Shown: one piece after another, positions 13,105 through 25,870 of the stretch
Layout: every line of letters begins with the position of its first letter
Numbering within the stretch: position 1 is the stretch's first letter
Origin: Octopus vulgaris
Lineage: Eukaryota
NCBI GenBank assembly: GCA_951406725.2
Contig: OX597819.1
Span: 7,316,001 to 7,380,000 of the forward strand
DNA length: 64,000 bases
Reading direction: 5' to 3'
Notes under the pieces: generated by a model
Told to the model about the DNA's origin: nothing
Database searches by the model: none
What the model saw: the letters and a program-made list of their open reading frames with translations, nothing else
Program-made: the position numbers and the translations under genes

Positions 13105-14337
13105 ATTATATTTTAATTTAATGTGTTTATACAGTTCTGAATGAGCCAATATATTGGAGAAAGAGTAGCTTTCTTTTCTTTAAGTAGTGGCAAAGATTGT
13201 TACAAGTTCTTAACAGTAGTGATAGAGACAGTTTGCTACTGTAAGCAGTGACAGAATCCTATAATTGACTGGCACTTTATCTTGCATTGCTTCATTATGA
13301 TTCTGTTGATAGCTTCTAGAGAGAAAATAACTACTACCAAATGGTATTATTATGCAAGATGCTTCCAGAGCAGCACTAATTTGTATCTGAACTCTGGAAT
13401 AAGTTTTTTTTTGGATATCCCTTTCCTTCTTCGCTCTGTGAAATTAGTGATTATTTTAATTTTTAGTTATTAAAACATTTCAAAAGCACTTTTAGTGTAG
13501 GAAATTTAAAATAATTATCTTATTGAAAAATCTTTTTTGTTTTTTAAACTTTGTTCAAGGTTAAGAGGTCCAATATAAAAATCAGTATTGAAATTAAGGT
13601 ATCTTTTATCGTTGGCTTGTTTCACTCATTAGACTGTGTCCATGCTGGAGCATCATCTGGAGTAGTTTTAGTCAAACAAGTCAACTCTAGTACTTAGGTT
13701 TCTAATTCTTAAGTCTGGTACTTATTCTATTGGTTTCTTTTGCTGAACTACCTTATGGGGATGTAAACAAACCAATATGGATTGTCAGGTGGTGTCTGTG
13801 GTAAATACAGACACAAATTCATGTTTGTGTGTCTGTATGTATTCATACATGATCGGCTTCCATGCAAATTCTGTCTACCAAATGCTATCACAAATCATTG
13901 GTTGGCCAGGGGCTATAGTAGAAGACACTTGCACAGGGTGCAGAGATATTCATGAAAGAGCAAATAGAAAAATATAGCTAAAGAGAAACAATAGTTTGGT
14001 TGAGATAGTAAGGGAATTGAGGCTAATGATGTACATTAGTCCTGGAGTTGAAATAATTCTGCTTAAATTACTAGTAGGCAGATAATCACTCAAGATTATT
14101 ATTTAGAAAAGAAGTATTGTTTCATATCGTATCAAGAACAATTTGTAGATTATCTGTTATGAAAGCAAAATACAAGTACAATATCAATTTTGTGGAACCC
14201 TTGGTTCCAGAACACTTCAGGATTACTGACTTTTTTCACAATAAATTTTTCACAATAAATTTTTCACCTCTAAATTAAGTATTGAATTTATTTAAATAAT
14301 TAGATGAAATACAGGTATCTATACATCAATATAGATA

Positions 14338-14772
14338 TCATCATCATCATCGTTTAACGTCCGCTTTCCATGCTAGCATGGGTTGGACGGTTCAACTGGG
14401 GTCTGGGAAGCCAGAAGGCTGCATCAGGCTCCAGTCAGATCTGGCAGTGTTTCTACAGCTGGATGCCCTTCCTAACGCCAACCACTCCGTGAGTGTAGTG
14501 GGTGCTTTTTATGTGCCACCGACACAGGTGCCAGACGAGGCTGGCGAACGGCCACGCTCGGATGGTGTTTTTTACGTGCCACCGACACAGGTGCCAGACG
14601 AGGCTGGCACGGCCACGATCGGATGGTGTTTTTTATGTGCCACCGACACAGGTGCCAGACGAGGCTGGCGAATGGCCATGCTCAGATGGTGTTTTTTACA
14701 TGCCACCGGCACGGAGGCCAGGCAAGGCTGGCACGGCCACGATCGGATGGTGTTTGATACATGCCACCAGCA
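14338..14772 (-). mobile_element. Family B retroelement 3' end with about 5 tandem units
   Basis: Repeated gtgccaccgacacaggtgccagacgaggctggc units. Confidence 0.75.
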
Positions 14773-15103
14773 TTGTTTATTAATAGTGTACTATGCAAGG
14801 CACTATAAAACACAGCAGCCCAGTAAACCTAATCTGACCGAAACGGAAATTTGAAGCTCCTGCTCATAAATTAGTGCAGATTATAAGAAAGTTCTAGACC
14901 ATCAGTGTGCAGCAAGTTGGTGTTGTATCCATATTTAAATGCTTGTGTTCATGATGGAATTAGAGAAAGAAATTGGGATTAAGGTCTAGATATATTTTGG
15001 AACAATGATGAGAAAGAACAACAAGGATGGCATTGAAATGAATTGTGTGTTCTGTTAGATACACACAAAGAAATTTTAAGTTTTGAATTTAAATGTTGTT
15101 TAA

Positions 15104-15314
15104 CCCTTTAGTGTTCAGATTACTCTGTTAAATGGAATACTTTTTCACTCAAATTGTTTTGAATTAATCATGCATTATCTTATATCTTTGAGGTTTGAAT
15201 GATGTGATTACTTATTCTTAGAATGTCACTGTAGGTTAGGTGTGAGAGGCTGGATATCGCCAGTTTGAATATAAAACATGTATAATATATTGGGCCGGAT
15301 TAAACACTAAAGGG
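15104..15314. mobile_element. piggyBac-type MITE family 2
   Basis: TTAA|ccctttagtgtt...aacactaaaggg|TTAA; degenerate relatives near 7650-7850 and 11085-11300. Confidence 0.8.
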
Positions 15315-15755
15315 TTAATCACGATTTAGCAGCCAACATAATCAAAGGTGACCATGTGAATGGCTGTATGTGGAATTACGTGAGCTGGTTGATTATTGCA
15401 ATAATTGTAAGCTGCTACATTTTGTACTGTGGAAGATAGATATTTAAGAAATAAATTCAATCTCTTATTTTATTGAAGAGTAGTATATTCTAAACTGAGA
15501 CTACAATCTTATGATGTTTGATGTTTCAGTTGCATTTCACCTTTGTATTTTCTGTATGTTTTTAAATATATTGTATAAAGATTTTGGTGGAATCCTGGAG
15601 TTATCCAATCTTATTTAATCCTAAATACCATTCCAATCTTCATGCAGTCCTTTGTCATTACAGAGACAGTTGGATTTGCTCTTTGTAACTTAATTTTAAA
15701 ATGTCAAAGTTGTCTAACATTCCATTGTCTTTTCAAAATATAGGAAATAATTTAA

Positions 15756-15976
15756 CCCTTTCGCTACCAACCCGGCTTAAACCGGCTCTGGCTCTGTAGT
15801 ACAAATGTCTTGTTTTCATAAGTTTTGAATTAAAATCTTCCACCAAACCTTAGTCACAATTAATGTTCCTAACACTAGCTGAATGATAACTGAGTTATTT
15901 TACTAAATTCTTTGTTATATTTAAAGCAATTGAAAGAAACACAGAACATCTCAAAATAAATACAGTAACAAAAGGG
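15756..15976. mobile_element. piggyBac-type MITE family 1
   Basis: TTAA TSD, CCCTTT/AAAGGG termini, 221 bp. Confidence 0.9.
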
Positions 15977-16129
15977 TTAAGAGATTTGAGATGTGTGTTT
16001 GAATAGCTCTGAAATTGAAGTGTTCAGTAGATTGCCAGTTAAAAAAATTTTCGAAAAGAATTTATAGTATTCGGTTATTGTCAAGATTCCTTAATTTATT
16101 GTGGATTTTATTGTATTTTTTTCCTGCAG

Positions 16130-16170
16130 CTCGTGAATGGACTCAGCTTTATGCTCAGAATACTGTGTGA
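16130..16170 (+). CDS. UBE2N: UBE2N terminal coding exon
   Basis: Polypyrimidine tract and ctgcag|; phase-compatible (A)REWTQLYAQNTV* ending at TGA 16168-16170, matching the Ubc13 C-terminal ARxWTxxYA pattern. Confidence 0.93.
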
Positions 16171-16662
16171 GCTGCAAAGAAATATCAGCTGATGTGGCAG
16201 CAAGAGACAGTAAAATGATGACGACAATGACACAAGACAGCAACGATGACTATAATATCACCAATTTGAAAACAAACAAAACACAACAAAACAAAACTAA
16301 ACAAACAAGCAAAAAAAAAGAGTTCCGCCTGGTGTCACATCTGTCCAGGACTTTGAGCAATGGCTGTTGCTTTCTATAAATAGTATTTGGTTTTAGTCGG
16401 TAGGTCCTTCTTCCCACTTTCTTGGGCCTTGTGATATGTGCTGCATCCATATCCCTCATCCTTACCGACTGACAGATGGACCAGACAGTGCAGCATAAAA
16501 CAGTGGACTTCTGCCCCTCCCCACGACACATCTATCAATTGGCTGTTTGCCAAAGATGGCCTACACAAGTGGTCCGCTGACCACTTCAATCTCCACTATT
16601 ACCACTGCTGGCTGCAACACAATTTTAAAAAAATATTAAAAAAAAATATTAAAAAAAATAAC

Positions 16663-16686
16663 TATATATATATGTATATGTGTGTG

Positions 16687-16758
<72 letters not shown>
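16663..16758. repeat. (TA)n/(TG)n microsatellite in the UBE2N 3' UTR
   Basis: Long uninterrupted TA run directly visible. Confidence 0.9.
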
Positions 16759-16766
<8 letters not shown>

Positions 16767-17014
16767 TAGAAAAATCTATAATAAAATAATTTCAAAAAGA
16801 AATCAGGTTCCCCCCATCCTTTTTTCCTTTTTCTTATTTGTTTGTTTCCTTACACAATTTTTGAAAGCAGATTTTGGAGAACCAACCAATGTTAATTTAA
16901 CTGGTTGGTTGTTGGATTTGAAAGAAATTATCTCCCATCCACTGTTTCTAAGCTGATGTTGTAGTTTGCAGAGTGACAGTTCCACTCCCAATTCTCTACA
17001 GTTGATTTACTTGA

Positions 17015-17020
17015 AATAAA
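17015..17020 (+). terminator. Candidate UBE2N polyadenylation signal
   Basis: AATAAA about 850 nt after the stop, followed by a GT/T-rich tract (gtgtggtttctct). Confidence 0.45.
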
Positions 17021-18124
17021 AACATCTAATTATTACTGCTAGCTAGTGTGGTTTCTCTCTCTTCACTCTCAGCTATTTCATTCCATAGATTAACAGGGGA
17101 GGGAAAATTGTGTAAACTATATTGAAAAGTATTATTAAAAAAAAAAAAAAATCTTATCACAAGTTATTTTAATACTCTATTATTAAACCAGTTTCATTCT
17201 TGTAGCTATTGCTCTAATTTTATATATATATAAAGGCAAATATTCTCTAGTCATCCTCATATAATTCATTCTTGGCTGAATTGTATTTCTATTTAAGTAT
17301 TTAGGAATAAACCCCTTGGCCCTACTTTTTAATATTTGTGACTGAAAAAAAAAATTGTAGAGAGGTGAACTGCTAATTGTTCTTATAAACATGAAGCTGT
17401 ACTGTAATAGTCAATGTAGGTTTTTTCAATTCTGATGATTTAAACAAGGTGAGATATTTTGTTCCATCCAGCTGATTAAACCAGTATATAATTTGAATTT
17501 TGGTGTTCACAAAAAAAAAGAAAAAGAAAAAAAAATATTTAAAAAAATTAACAAATGATGCAACTTTGTTAGTTTTATTCTGTTTGAAGATGGCTTATTA
17601 ACTGGCAAAAGCTGATTCTTTAAATTAAATCCTTCATCAAACCATCTCATGTTACCTCTGCTTCTGTAAGAAACTTTTCATTTGTTTGTTAAACAGCTTT
17701 GATGAAATATTAAAACTGAATCCAACTTTGTTTAACATTGAGTTTTTAATTTAAGCTTCTACAACCTTCAGTGTAGTTGGGAAAAAAACCCAACTTTTTT
17801 TTAATGATAGTATTTGTTAGCTTTGTGTGCATATAAATTTCATTATTCTGTTTGATGAGTGAATAATTTCTTACATAGTCAATTGAATGCCACTTAAAAG
17901 TCTTCTTTCTACTAATTTTTGATCTTGTTTTGGTTTTTATTATACAGGATGCGATTTGTCATAGAAAATCTTGTTCTTTAAGAGAACAAAAAAGGGAGAA
18001 ATTTTAGCCTGTATTTTCTTAAATATAGCAATGTGTGTTATCTGTTGAAAATTGTTCAGACTTCAGTATATTCAGACAAAGCTGTGAAAAATGGAATCTT
18101 ACATTTTTACTCTCAAATGACAAT

Positions 18125-18508
18125 GGAAGCACTCCATCGGTTACGACGACGAGGGTTCCAGTTGATGCAAAACAACGGAACAGCCTGCTCGTGAAATTAA
18201 CGTGTAAGTGGCTGAGCACTCCACAGACACGTGTACCCGTAACATAGTTCTCGGGGATATTCAGCGTGACACAGAGAGTGACAAGGCCGGCCCTTGAAAT
18301 ACAGGTACAACAGAAACAGGAAGTAAGAGTGAGAGAAAGTTGTGGTGAAAGAGTACAGCAGGGATCACCACCATCCCCTGCCGGAGCCTCGTGGAGCTTT
18401 TAGGTGTTTTCGCTCAATAAACACTCACAACGCCTGGTCTGGGAATCGAAACTGCGATCCTATGACCGCAAGTCCGCTGCCATAACCACTGGGCCATTGC
18501 GCCTCCAC
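18125..18508 (-). mobile_element. SINE family C, between the convergent 3' ends of the two genes
   Basis: Reverse complement of the 41126 copy; TSD TCAAATGACAAT. Confidence 0.88.
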
Positions 18509-18584
18509 TTTCAAATGACAATATACAAATACTGAATTCAATATAGAATAAAAAAACAAACAAAACAAAACTATATTTTATGCT

Positions 18585-18590
18585 TTTATT
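18585..18590 (-). terminator. Candidate ALAS polyadenylation signal
   Basis: AATAAA on the - strand about 190 nt after the stop, followed by a T/GT-rich tract (ttttgttttgtttgtttt). Confidence 0.55.
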
Positions 18591-18781
18591 TTGCAGATTA
18601 TGAAGTACTTTTATATTTGACTTTTTAAAATTTACTGTTAGTATAGTGGTTTATATATTTCCTTGACAAAATTTCTTCAGAACTAAACTGAATCTAGTTC
18701 TGAAGTGTTTTGTGTGTTGAAATGATATTTTGTGCCCTTGAGTTGAGCATGTAATTATCATTTCTGATCTGACGTTACAGA

Positions 18782-19000
18782 CTACTTCTGGGGATTCAGG
18801 GGAAGGTCGTGACTGAGCCAAACATTGATTAAACAATCAACAAAATTATCCATCATGTCTCTGCTGTGATGAGGAGTTGGGGCCACTCGCAGCTTTTCTT
18901 CTCCTTGGGGAACTGTAGGATAGTTAATTGCTTGTACATAGATGTTGTGTTTGGACATCAGTTCATTGCAGATGGTGGTTGCCATTTTTGGATCTCCTAT
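18782..19000 (-). CDS. ALAS: ALAS terminal coding exon 9
   Basis: atacag|IGDPKMA...IYVQAINYPTVPQGEEKLRVAPTPHH...WLSHDLPLNPQK* (TAG 18784-18782); the nine exons sum to 1770 nt in frame. Confidence 0.92.
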   Translation of the reverse strand: MGDPKMATTICNELMSKHNIYVQAINYPTVPQGEEKLRVAPTPHHSRDMMDNFVDCLINVWLSHDLPLNPQK

Positions 19001-19297
19001 CTGTATATGAAATAAAGAAATCCACCAATTAGAGTTATTAAAGTGCATTATTAAAATTCGATTTACAGAGAATATTAATCTACCAATAACTTAGTTTTAC
19101 TTTATCTCAAAGTGTTGGATAGACTTTTCATTAATAGGTGTTTTTACTGTTACCAGCTTCTTGGTAGGAGTGAAACTTAAATCTCTAAGACTCTTATATG
19201 ATCTTTCAGCAATAGTCGACCCATTTAAAAGACTTTTAAAAATCTTGAGTAATAACTCAAGTATAAGTGATATCTGGTTAAGATTCAGAATGAAAAT

Positions 19298-19529
19298 TAT
19301 TTCTTTACTACCCACAAGGGGCTAAACACAGAGGGGACAAACAAGGACAGACATAGGTATTAAGTCGATTATATCGACCCCAGTGCATAACTGGTATTTA
19401 TTTAATCGACCCCGAAAGGATGAAAGGCAAAGTCGACCTCGGCGGAATTTGAACTCAGAATGTAGCGGCAGACGAAATATGGCTACGCATTTCGCCCGGC
19501 GTGCTAACGTTTCTGCCAGCTCGCCGCCT
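19298..19529 (-). mobile_element. SINE family D
   Basis: Reverse complement of the 6568 copy; more copies near 21010-21201 (-), 21874-22050 (+), 25312-25512 (-), 44106-44285 (+) and 62130-62340 (+). Confidence 0.8.
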
Positions 19530-20174
19530 TATACCATGGTATTTAGCAACTGCTTAGCTGGATCTGTGTTTTTTTCTCCCCTTTCATTTTAAAATTGGTT
19601 TTCTGAAATATTTAGTTTGAATGTAGTAAAACAAGATATTTTTATTTTTGCATTCAAGGTTATATATTCTACTTGTACTGCAATCTTGTTACACATTAAC
19701 CTACCGTCTTTCCGTGGATGCAGGCTCAGAGTAAGCTGAATAAATTGATCAGGGTTCCTAGACAATATCATCATCATCATCATCATCGTTTAACGTCCGT
19801 TCTCCATGCTAGCATGGGTTGGACGGTTCGACCGGGGATCTGGGAAGCCAGAAGGCTGCACCAGGCTCCAGTCTTATCTGGCAATGTTTCTAATATATAA
19901 AACATAATTGAATACTTAAATTCCTCTCTGATTCTGTGATACTGGGAAAAGCATAAACACCAGTGTTTAATCCTGTCTTTTTTCCCCCATTCCACATTCA
20001 CTATATCCTTTGTAAGTGTAAATCTTAGAAAATTGAAAGGATTTTTACAGATGTTTTGCTTTAAATATTAGACACCAAGCATTTTATTGCTTGACTGGAT
20101 TCTAAATTTTGGTTTTACATCTATACAATAAGCTTGTTTCAAAAGAAAAAGTCAAAAACAAATACTTTGCTTAC

Positions 20175-20443
20175 ATGTATGGGAATAATATGACTGGGAC
20201 ACTGTACGGCTGGGATACCAATTTCCAATAATCTATCTCTGAGATATTTGACATTAGATTGGTGTTTCGATCTTAGCATTCTTCCTTCATCATTCCTGAG
20301 AATGCGAATAGCTGCAGTGGCCCCAGCCAGTATTGTTGGTGGCAAAGATGTGGTGAAGATGAAACCTGATGCGTAGCTTCGAATCATATCAATAGCTTGT
20401 GCAGTACTAGCAACATAACCACCAATGTTACCAAAAGCTTTTC
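20175..20443 (-). CDS. ALAS: ALAS coding exon 8 (PLP-binding Lys of GTLGKAFG)
   Basis: atacag|...CAT|gtaagc, 269 nt; [12 protein letters not shown]...[17 protein letters not shown]...PSHIIPIH. Confidence 0.97.
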
Positions 20444-22163
20444 CTGTATGATAGAATAGAAAGAATTTTGACTACATAAGAAATATTTCTTTTTGATCAG
20501 AATATTGACATGAGAAAAGAAAAGAAAAAAAAAACTCAGAAAGGTTAGAATTTGTACAACCCTGTCATTACAAGGATGTGAAACTATAGCTACATTTTAA
20601 TTTTTTAATATATATGTATATAACATTAGGCACGATGCCAAATTTTGGTGGTTTGGTTTAAGAGATTAAATAATTTCCTAAAAGTATTTGAACTCTGGAC
20701 AAGTTGGAGACAAACTTTCTCTGGGTTTGGGCAAAGGAGTAAGATTCAAATTCCTACAGCTTGGTATCTTTACAAAAAGTATATGAACCTGTTTGAAATG
20801 AGGAAACTAGTTTGTAACAATAAGTTGAAAATATGTAGAGAATTAATCAGTTTGTGTTTAGAGACTTGTCTTTTTTTTTATGATAAGTGTCAATTCAGGA
20901 CCCGCTCTCCCACCGAGTAAACTGGAGTTTCCTATGCTGGGCAGTTCCTTAAGATTTTTATAACCTTGATGCGAGAGAGAAACAGGCAGTTCATAAGATC
21001 ATTAGTTACTATTTCTTTACTACCCACAAGGGGACACAGAGGGGACAAACGGATTGAGTCAATTATATTGACCCCAGTGCGTAACTGGTACTTATTTAAT
21101 CGACCCCAAAAGGATTAAAGGCAAAGTTAACCTCGGTGGAATTTGAACTCAGAACGTAACCCAGACGAAATACTACTAACGATTCTACCAGCTCGCCGCC
21201 TTTTCATAAGATCATTAGTTACTGTTGTGCTTCCCCATTGCTCCCATTCATTAATGCATGTAAACCTGAAAGCTTTTATTTTAATGGTTTTTTTGTTTGT
21301 TTTTCAGTCCTAATATAGGTTAGATCAGCTATATTTAGCACCAAGTTCCAGCTAGTTGTACAAAGCTGGTCAATCCAGTTCAACCAGCTGTTGTATTAGT
21401 TTTAACTGCAATGTAATTACTTGTCTACCATAGTTAATGAAATGTAGCCAACCACCACCCCCGGCAGTGGTGTCTTCAGTATTGTGTTGAAATTACTGTT
21501 CATTGAAATTAGTTATTTTAGTGGGACTCACAGATGGCTGCATTGATACAATGCCAGCATTTTTACATCAACAGTTTATGATCCTCACCCTGACATTGCT
21601 TTTTCGTGGACTAGAATACTTTCAGAAATACATACCATGAGAAACAGGAAGTATTAGAAAGGAATTTTTTTTTTCTCATTATCTCGAAGTGACCGAGTTT
21701 ATGCCCTTAAATTGATTTTTGTTACATTAATTTGGGCTCTCCAGCTTTTTAAATGTACGCTAGAAAACTCAACAAAACAATGAATTACGGAACATGAATT
21801 TATTTCGATGGTTAAAATTCTCATTAGAAATGGCTTAGGAAAATAATCTCAAGACTTTAGTTATTATCTTAAAGGCAGAGAGCTGGCGGAATTGTTAGCA
21901 TGCCAGGCAAAATGCTTCATGGTATTTTACCTGTCTTTACATTCTGAGTTCACATTCTGCCGAGGTTGACTTTGCCTTACATCCTTTCAGGGTCAATATA
22001 ATCGATTACCCCCCCCCCAAAAAAAAATTTCAGGCCTTGTGCCTTTAGTAGTTACTGTGAGTTAATTACACATTTGCTGATTGTAAGTAAAAGTCTCACT
22101 TTCGTACAGCTGGTGTCCTTTGCTTCCACTCAACCATGAAAGCATGTCTGGGTTTTGAGGTAT

Positions 22164-22350
22164 ACTCTTTTACTGTTTCAGTCATTTGACAGCAGCCATG
22201 CTGGAGCACCACCTTTAGTCGAGCAAATCGACCCTGGGACTTATTCTTTGTAAGCCCAGTACTTATTCTATCGGTCTCCTTTGCCGAACCGCTAAGTGAC
22301 GGGGACGTAAACACACCAGCATCGGTTGTCAAGCAATGCTAGGGGGACAA

Positions 22351-22399
<49 letters not shown>

Positions 22400-22565
22400 T
22401 ACGACAGGCTTCTTTCAGTTTCCGTCACCCAAATCCACTCACAAGGCATTGGTCGGCCCGGGGCTATAGCAGAAGATACTTGCCCAAGATGCCACGCAGT
22501 GAGACTGAACCCGGAACCATGTGGTTGGTTAGCAAGCTACTTACCACACAGCCACTCCTGCGCCT
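22164..22565 (-). mobile_element. SINE family A
   Basis: Full-length match. Confidence 0.88.
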
Positions 22566-22849
22566 ATATGTTGCACCATCTTTGTAAACAAAAAGTCATT
22601 CAGTGTTGTCTGCTTCCCATTATCTCTCATCACGTTTGCTCAGAATGGGAGAGATTATTACCTTGCTAGGGAGCGAGTAAGGGTTTTGGCTTGAGAAAGG
22701 TGGTCCTACAGCTGTAGGAAACTCCAATCCACTTTACTCTCACCTGACATGTTCAAGCATTAAAATGATGATGATGAAATTACCTTTTCAGTCCCAGGTC
22801 AGCCTTGAAATAGCCAATACAGGTAAACATTTATATCATAGATTTATTA

Positions 22850-23188
22850 TTCGTCCGTTGCCAGCCCCGCCTGGCCCCTGTGCCGGTGGCACGTAAAAGC
22901 ACCATCCATTCGTGGCCGTTTGCCAGCCTCGCCTGGCCCCTGTGCCGGTGGCACGTAAAAGCACCATCCATTCGTTGCCGTTTACCAGCTCCGTCTGGCA
23001 CCTGTGCAGGTGGCACGTAAAAAGCACCCACTACACTCACGGAGTGGTTGGCATTAGGAAGGGCATCCAGCCGTAGAAACACTGCCAGATCAGACTGGGC
23101 CTGATGCGGCCTTCCGGCTTCACAGACCCCAGTTGAACCGTTCAACCCAAACTAGCATGGAGAACGGACGCTAAATGATGATGATGAC
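22850..23188 (+). mobile_element. Family B retroelement 3' end
   Basis: Three tandem units plus tail. Confidence 0.75.
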
Positions 23189-23408
23189 ATTGCTTTGTTG
23201 AGCATCTCACTGCAAATTGCCATGCAGGGAGACTAATTAATTACTCAGGTGGTTTATATTTCTGAGCAGGATACTTTATTCTACATTGTTTTAGTTCATC
23301 TAATTGCAGAGATACTAAATTATCAAGTGTTCATCGCTGACAGATAATAAGCTACAGCTGAGTTTGTCCTTGTAGAACTAAATTATTAAAAATAGTAAAG
23401 TTGGAGAT

Positions 23409-23785
23409 AGGCGCAGGAGTGACTGTGTGGTAAGTAGCTTGCTAACCAGCCACATGGTTCCGGGTTCAGTCCCTCTGCGTGGCATCTTGGGCAAGTGTCT
23501 TCTGCTATAGTCCCGGGCCGACCAATGCCTTGTGAGTGGATTTGGTAGACGGAAACTGAAAGAAGCCTGTCGTATATATGTATGTGTGTGTCTGTGTTTG
23601 TCCCCCTAGCATTGCTTGACAACTGATGCTGGTGTGTTTACGTCCCCGTCACTTAGCGGTTCGGCAAAAGAGACCGATAGAATAAGTACTGGGTTTACAA
23701 AAGAATAAATCCTGGGGTCGATTTGCTCAACTAAAGACGGTGCTCCAGCATGGCCGCAGTCAAATGACTGAAACGAGTAAAGAGT
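23409..23785 (+). mobile_element. SINE family A
   Basis: Full-length; inverted relative to both neighbours. Confidence 0.88.
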
Positions 23786-24147
23786 ATAACAAATGTTGAC
23801 ACCCAAGAAATTTTAAATCAGCTCCTTTAATTTAGGCTAATCCAGGAATTTTAAATATACGATTAATGAAAAGTAGGATGCAAAGTGGAGGAAGTCTGAT
23901 CATTGACAGCCGAGTGACAACTGTAAGAGATTCTCATTGAGAAATAATGTCGCCAGAGAAATGTAACTTTTTTTTTTTTTAATTTCGTGGTTATCTCCCC
24001 TGCTCTTATTGGAGGGATTAATCACTTTCTTTTTCTCTCAACGAGTAATTTGGATTGACATTGAAGCAAAAAAAATTATGGTTCTATTTCTGTTTCAGGC
24101 ACCACACCCGTGGGTATCTTCTTTCTCTAAAGGTCGAAAACTCAATT

Positions 24148-24532
24148 ACTCTTTTTACTCTTTTACTTGTTTCAGTCATTTGACTGCGGCCATGCTGGAG
24201 CACCGCCTTTAGTCGAGCAAATTGACCCCAGGACTTATTCTTTTGTAAGCCCAGTACTTATTCTATCAGTCTTTTTTGCCGAACCGCTAAGTGACGGGGA
24301 CGTAAACACACCAGCATCGGTTGTCAAGCAATGCTAGGGGGACAAACACACACACATACACATATATACGACAGGCTTCTTACAATTTCCGTCTACCAAA
24401 TCCACTCACAAGGCATTGGTCGGCCCGAGGCTATAGCAGAAGGCACTTGCCCAACATGCCACGCAGTGGGACTGAACCCGGAACCATGTGGCTGGTTAGC
24501 AAGCTACTTACCACACAGCCACTCCTGTGCCT
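24148..24532 (-). mobile_element. SINE family A
   Basis: Full-length match. Confidence 0.88.
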
Positions 24533-25604
24533 AACTTGTAGCCTAAAAGTTACATAATTGTTATCCTTTTTCCTGGAATGGACAGGCCTTTTCCAACAAT
24601 TATCTTGCCACTTTTTTGCAATCCCTTGTCACTCTACCCATTGGGTAGTTTGGTACTACTTTACTCAGTAATCTTTCATATACATCACATTCTTACAAAG
24701 CTGATTCTATTTATACCCAGATTTTCTTATAGCTCAACTGTGTACTGTCATGCATGACAATACAATTGAACAGGGGCAATCAATGGCAACCATGCAATAT
24801 TGCACTTTATGCACAAGTATCAGACGATCTTTCCTTCATTTGGAATCCTTTTGTCACCAGCAAAGAGGTATTATGCTCTTCACCTTTTCTCCTTAACTCT
24901 GTCATGGTTGATGTTGGCCTCACATAACAGGCACCAATGCCAGTAGCAAGTAAGAAGCACCTTCCAAACGCTGGGACTCATGGAAGCCATAAGGGACCAA
25001 GACCTTTGGCGATAACTGTGCTTGAGAAGACTTGTTGAACCAAGTGAAATCGTAGTTGTGGCCAATGCTAGGGCTGTGTAACTGGCACCGGTGGCATGTA
25101 AAAAGCACCCATTATACTCTTGGAGTGGTTGACATTAGGAAGAGCATCCAACTGTAGAAACCATTCCTAATCAGATTGGAACCTGGTGCAGCTCTCTCAC
25201 TGGACATAATATAGTAAGGACATTTTACCTGCATCGAAAACACACACTTCCTAGAGTTTAAGGGAAGCAACTTGGTTAGACATGGAATTTGACCCACAAG
25301 TTTTAACTATTATTCAAGGCCCGAAATTTGGGGGGAGGGGGCCAGTCGATTAGATCGATTCCCTGTACGCAACTCTTACTTAATTTATCGACCCCAAAAG
25401 GATGAAAGGCAAAGTCGACCTTGGCGGAATTTGAACTCAGAACGTAAAGACTGATGAAATACCACTAAGCATTTTGCCCGGCATGCTAACGTTTCTGCCA
25501 GCTTGCCGCCTTGTTTTAATTATTATTACATTAATTGTTAGCAAACCAGACAAAACGTTATCCATTTTAGCAACAGCCAAAGATGAAATAGTATATTGTT
25601 TAAC

Positions 25605-25870
25605 ACGCTGAGAGTTGCTGAAGCATGGAACAAACTGCCGGCATCAGTTGTTAGTTGTCGGAGTACTGCATCCTTCAAAACTTCCATGCTTTCTGAGACT
25701 CGCCAACACTACACCTGATTTTCTCCCCTCCATACACACACAAGCATGTATCTGACTCATGCATTGTTTGCTTTCCAGACATTTGTACATTACTGCATAT
25801 ACTCTGACAAGTTGTGGTGCACCTGAGCACTGTATACAATAATTTCATTATTATTATTATTATTATTATT
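25605..25870 (+). mobile_element. CR1/L2-group LINE 3' end
   Basis: TLRVAEAWNKLPASVVSCRSTASFKTSM...* (the RV..WN.LP..VV....FK motif), then 3' UTR and (ATT)n tail. Confidence 0.8.

Noticed and set aside
14490-14772. Regularly spaced 55-60 bp repeats that look CRISPR-like
   Set aside because: The whole unit is repeated with no unique spacers, the context is a eukaryotic intron, and no cas genes are present.
16137-16956. ORFs of 80 and 172 aa after the UBE2N last exon
   Set aside because: They are out-of-frame 3' UTR sequence kept open by low-complexity and (TA)n runs.
24700-24900. Old RTE-like coding remnant on the - strand (similar traces near 8200-8480 and 32700-33050)
   Set aside because: Only faint, frameshifted similarity; boundaries cannot be supported without alignment.
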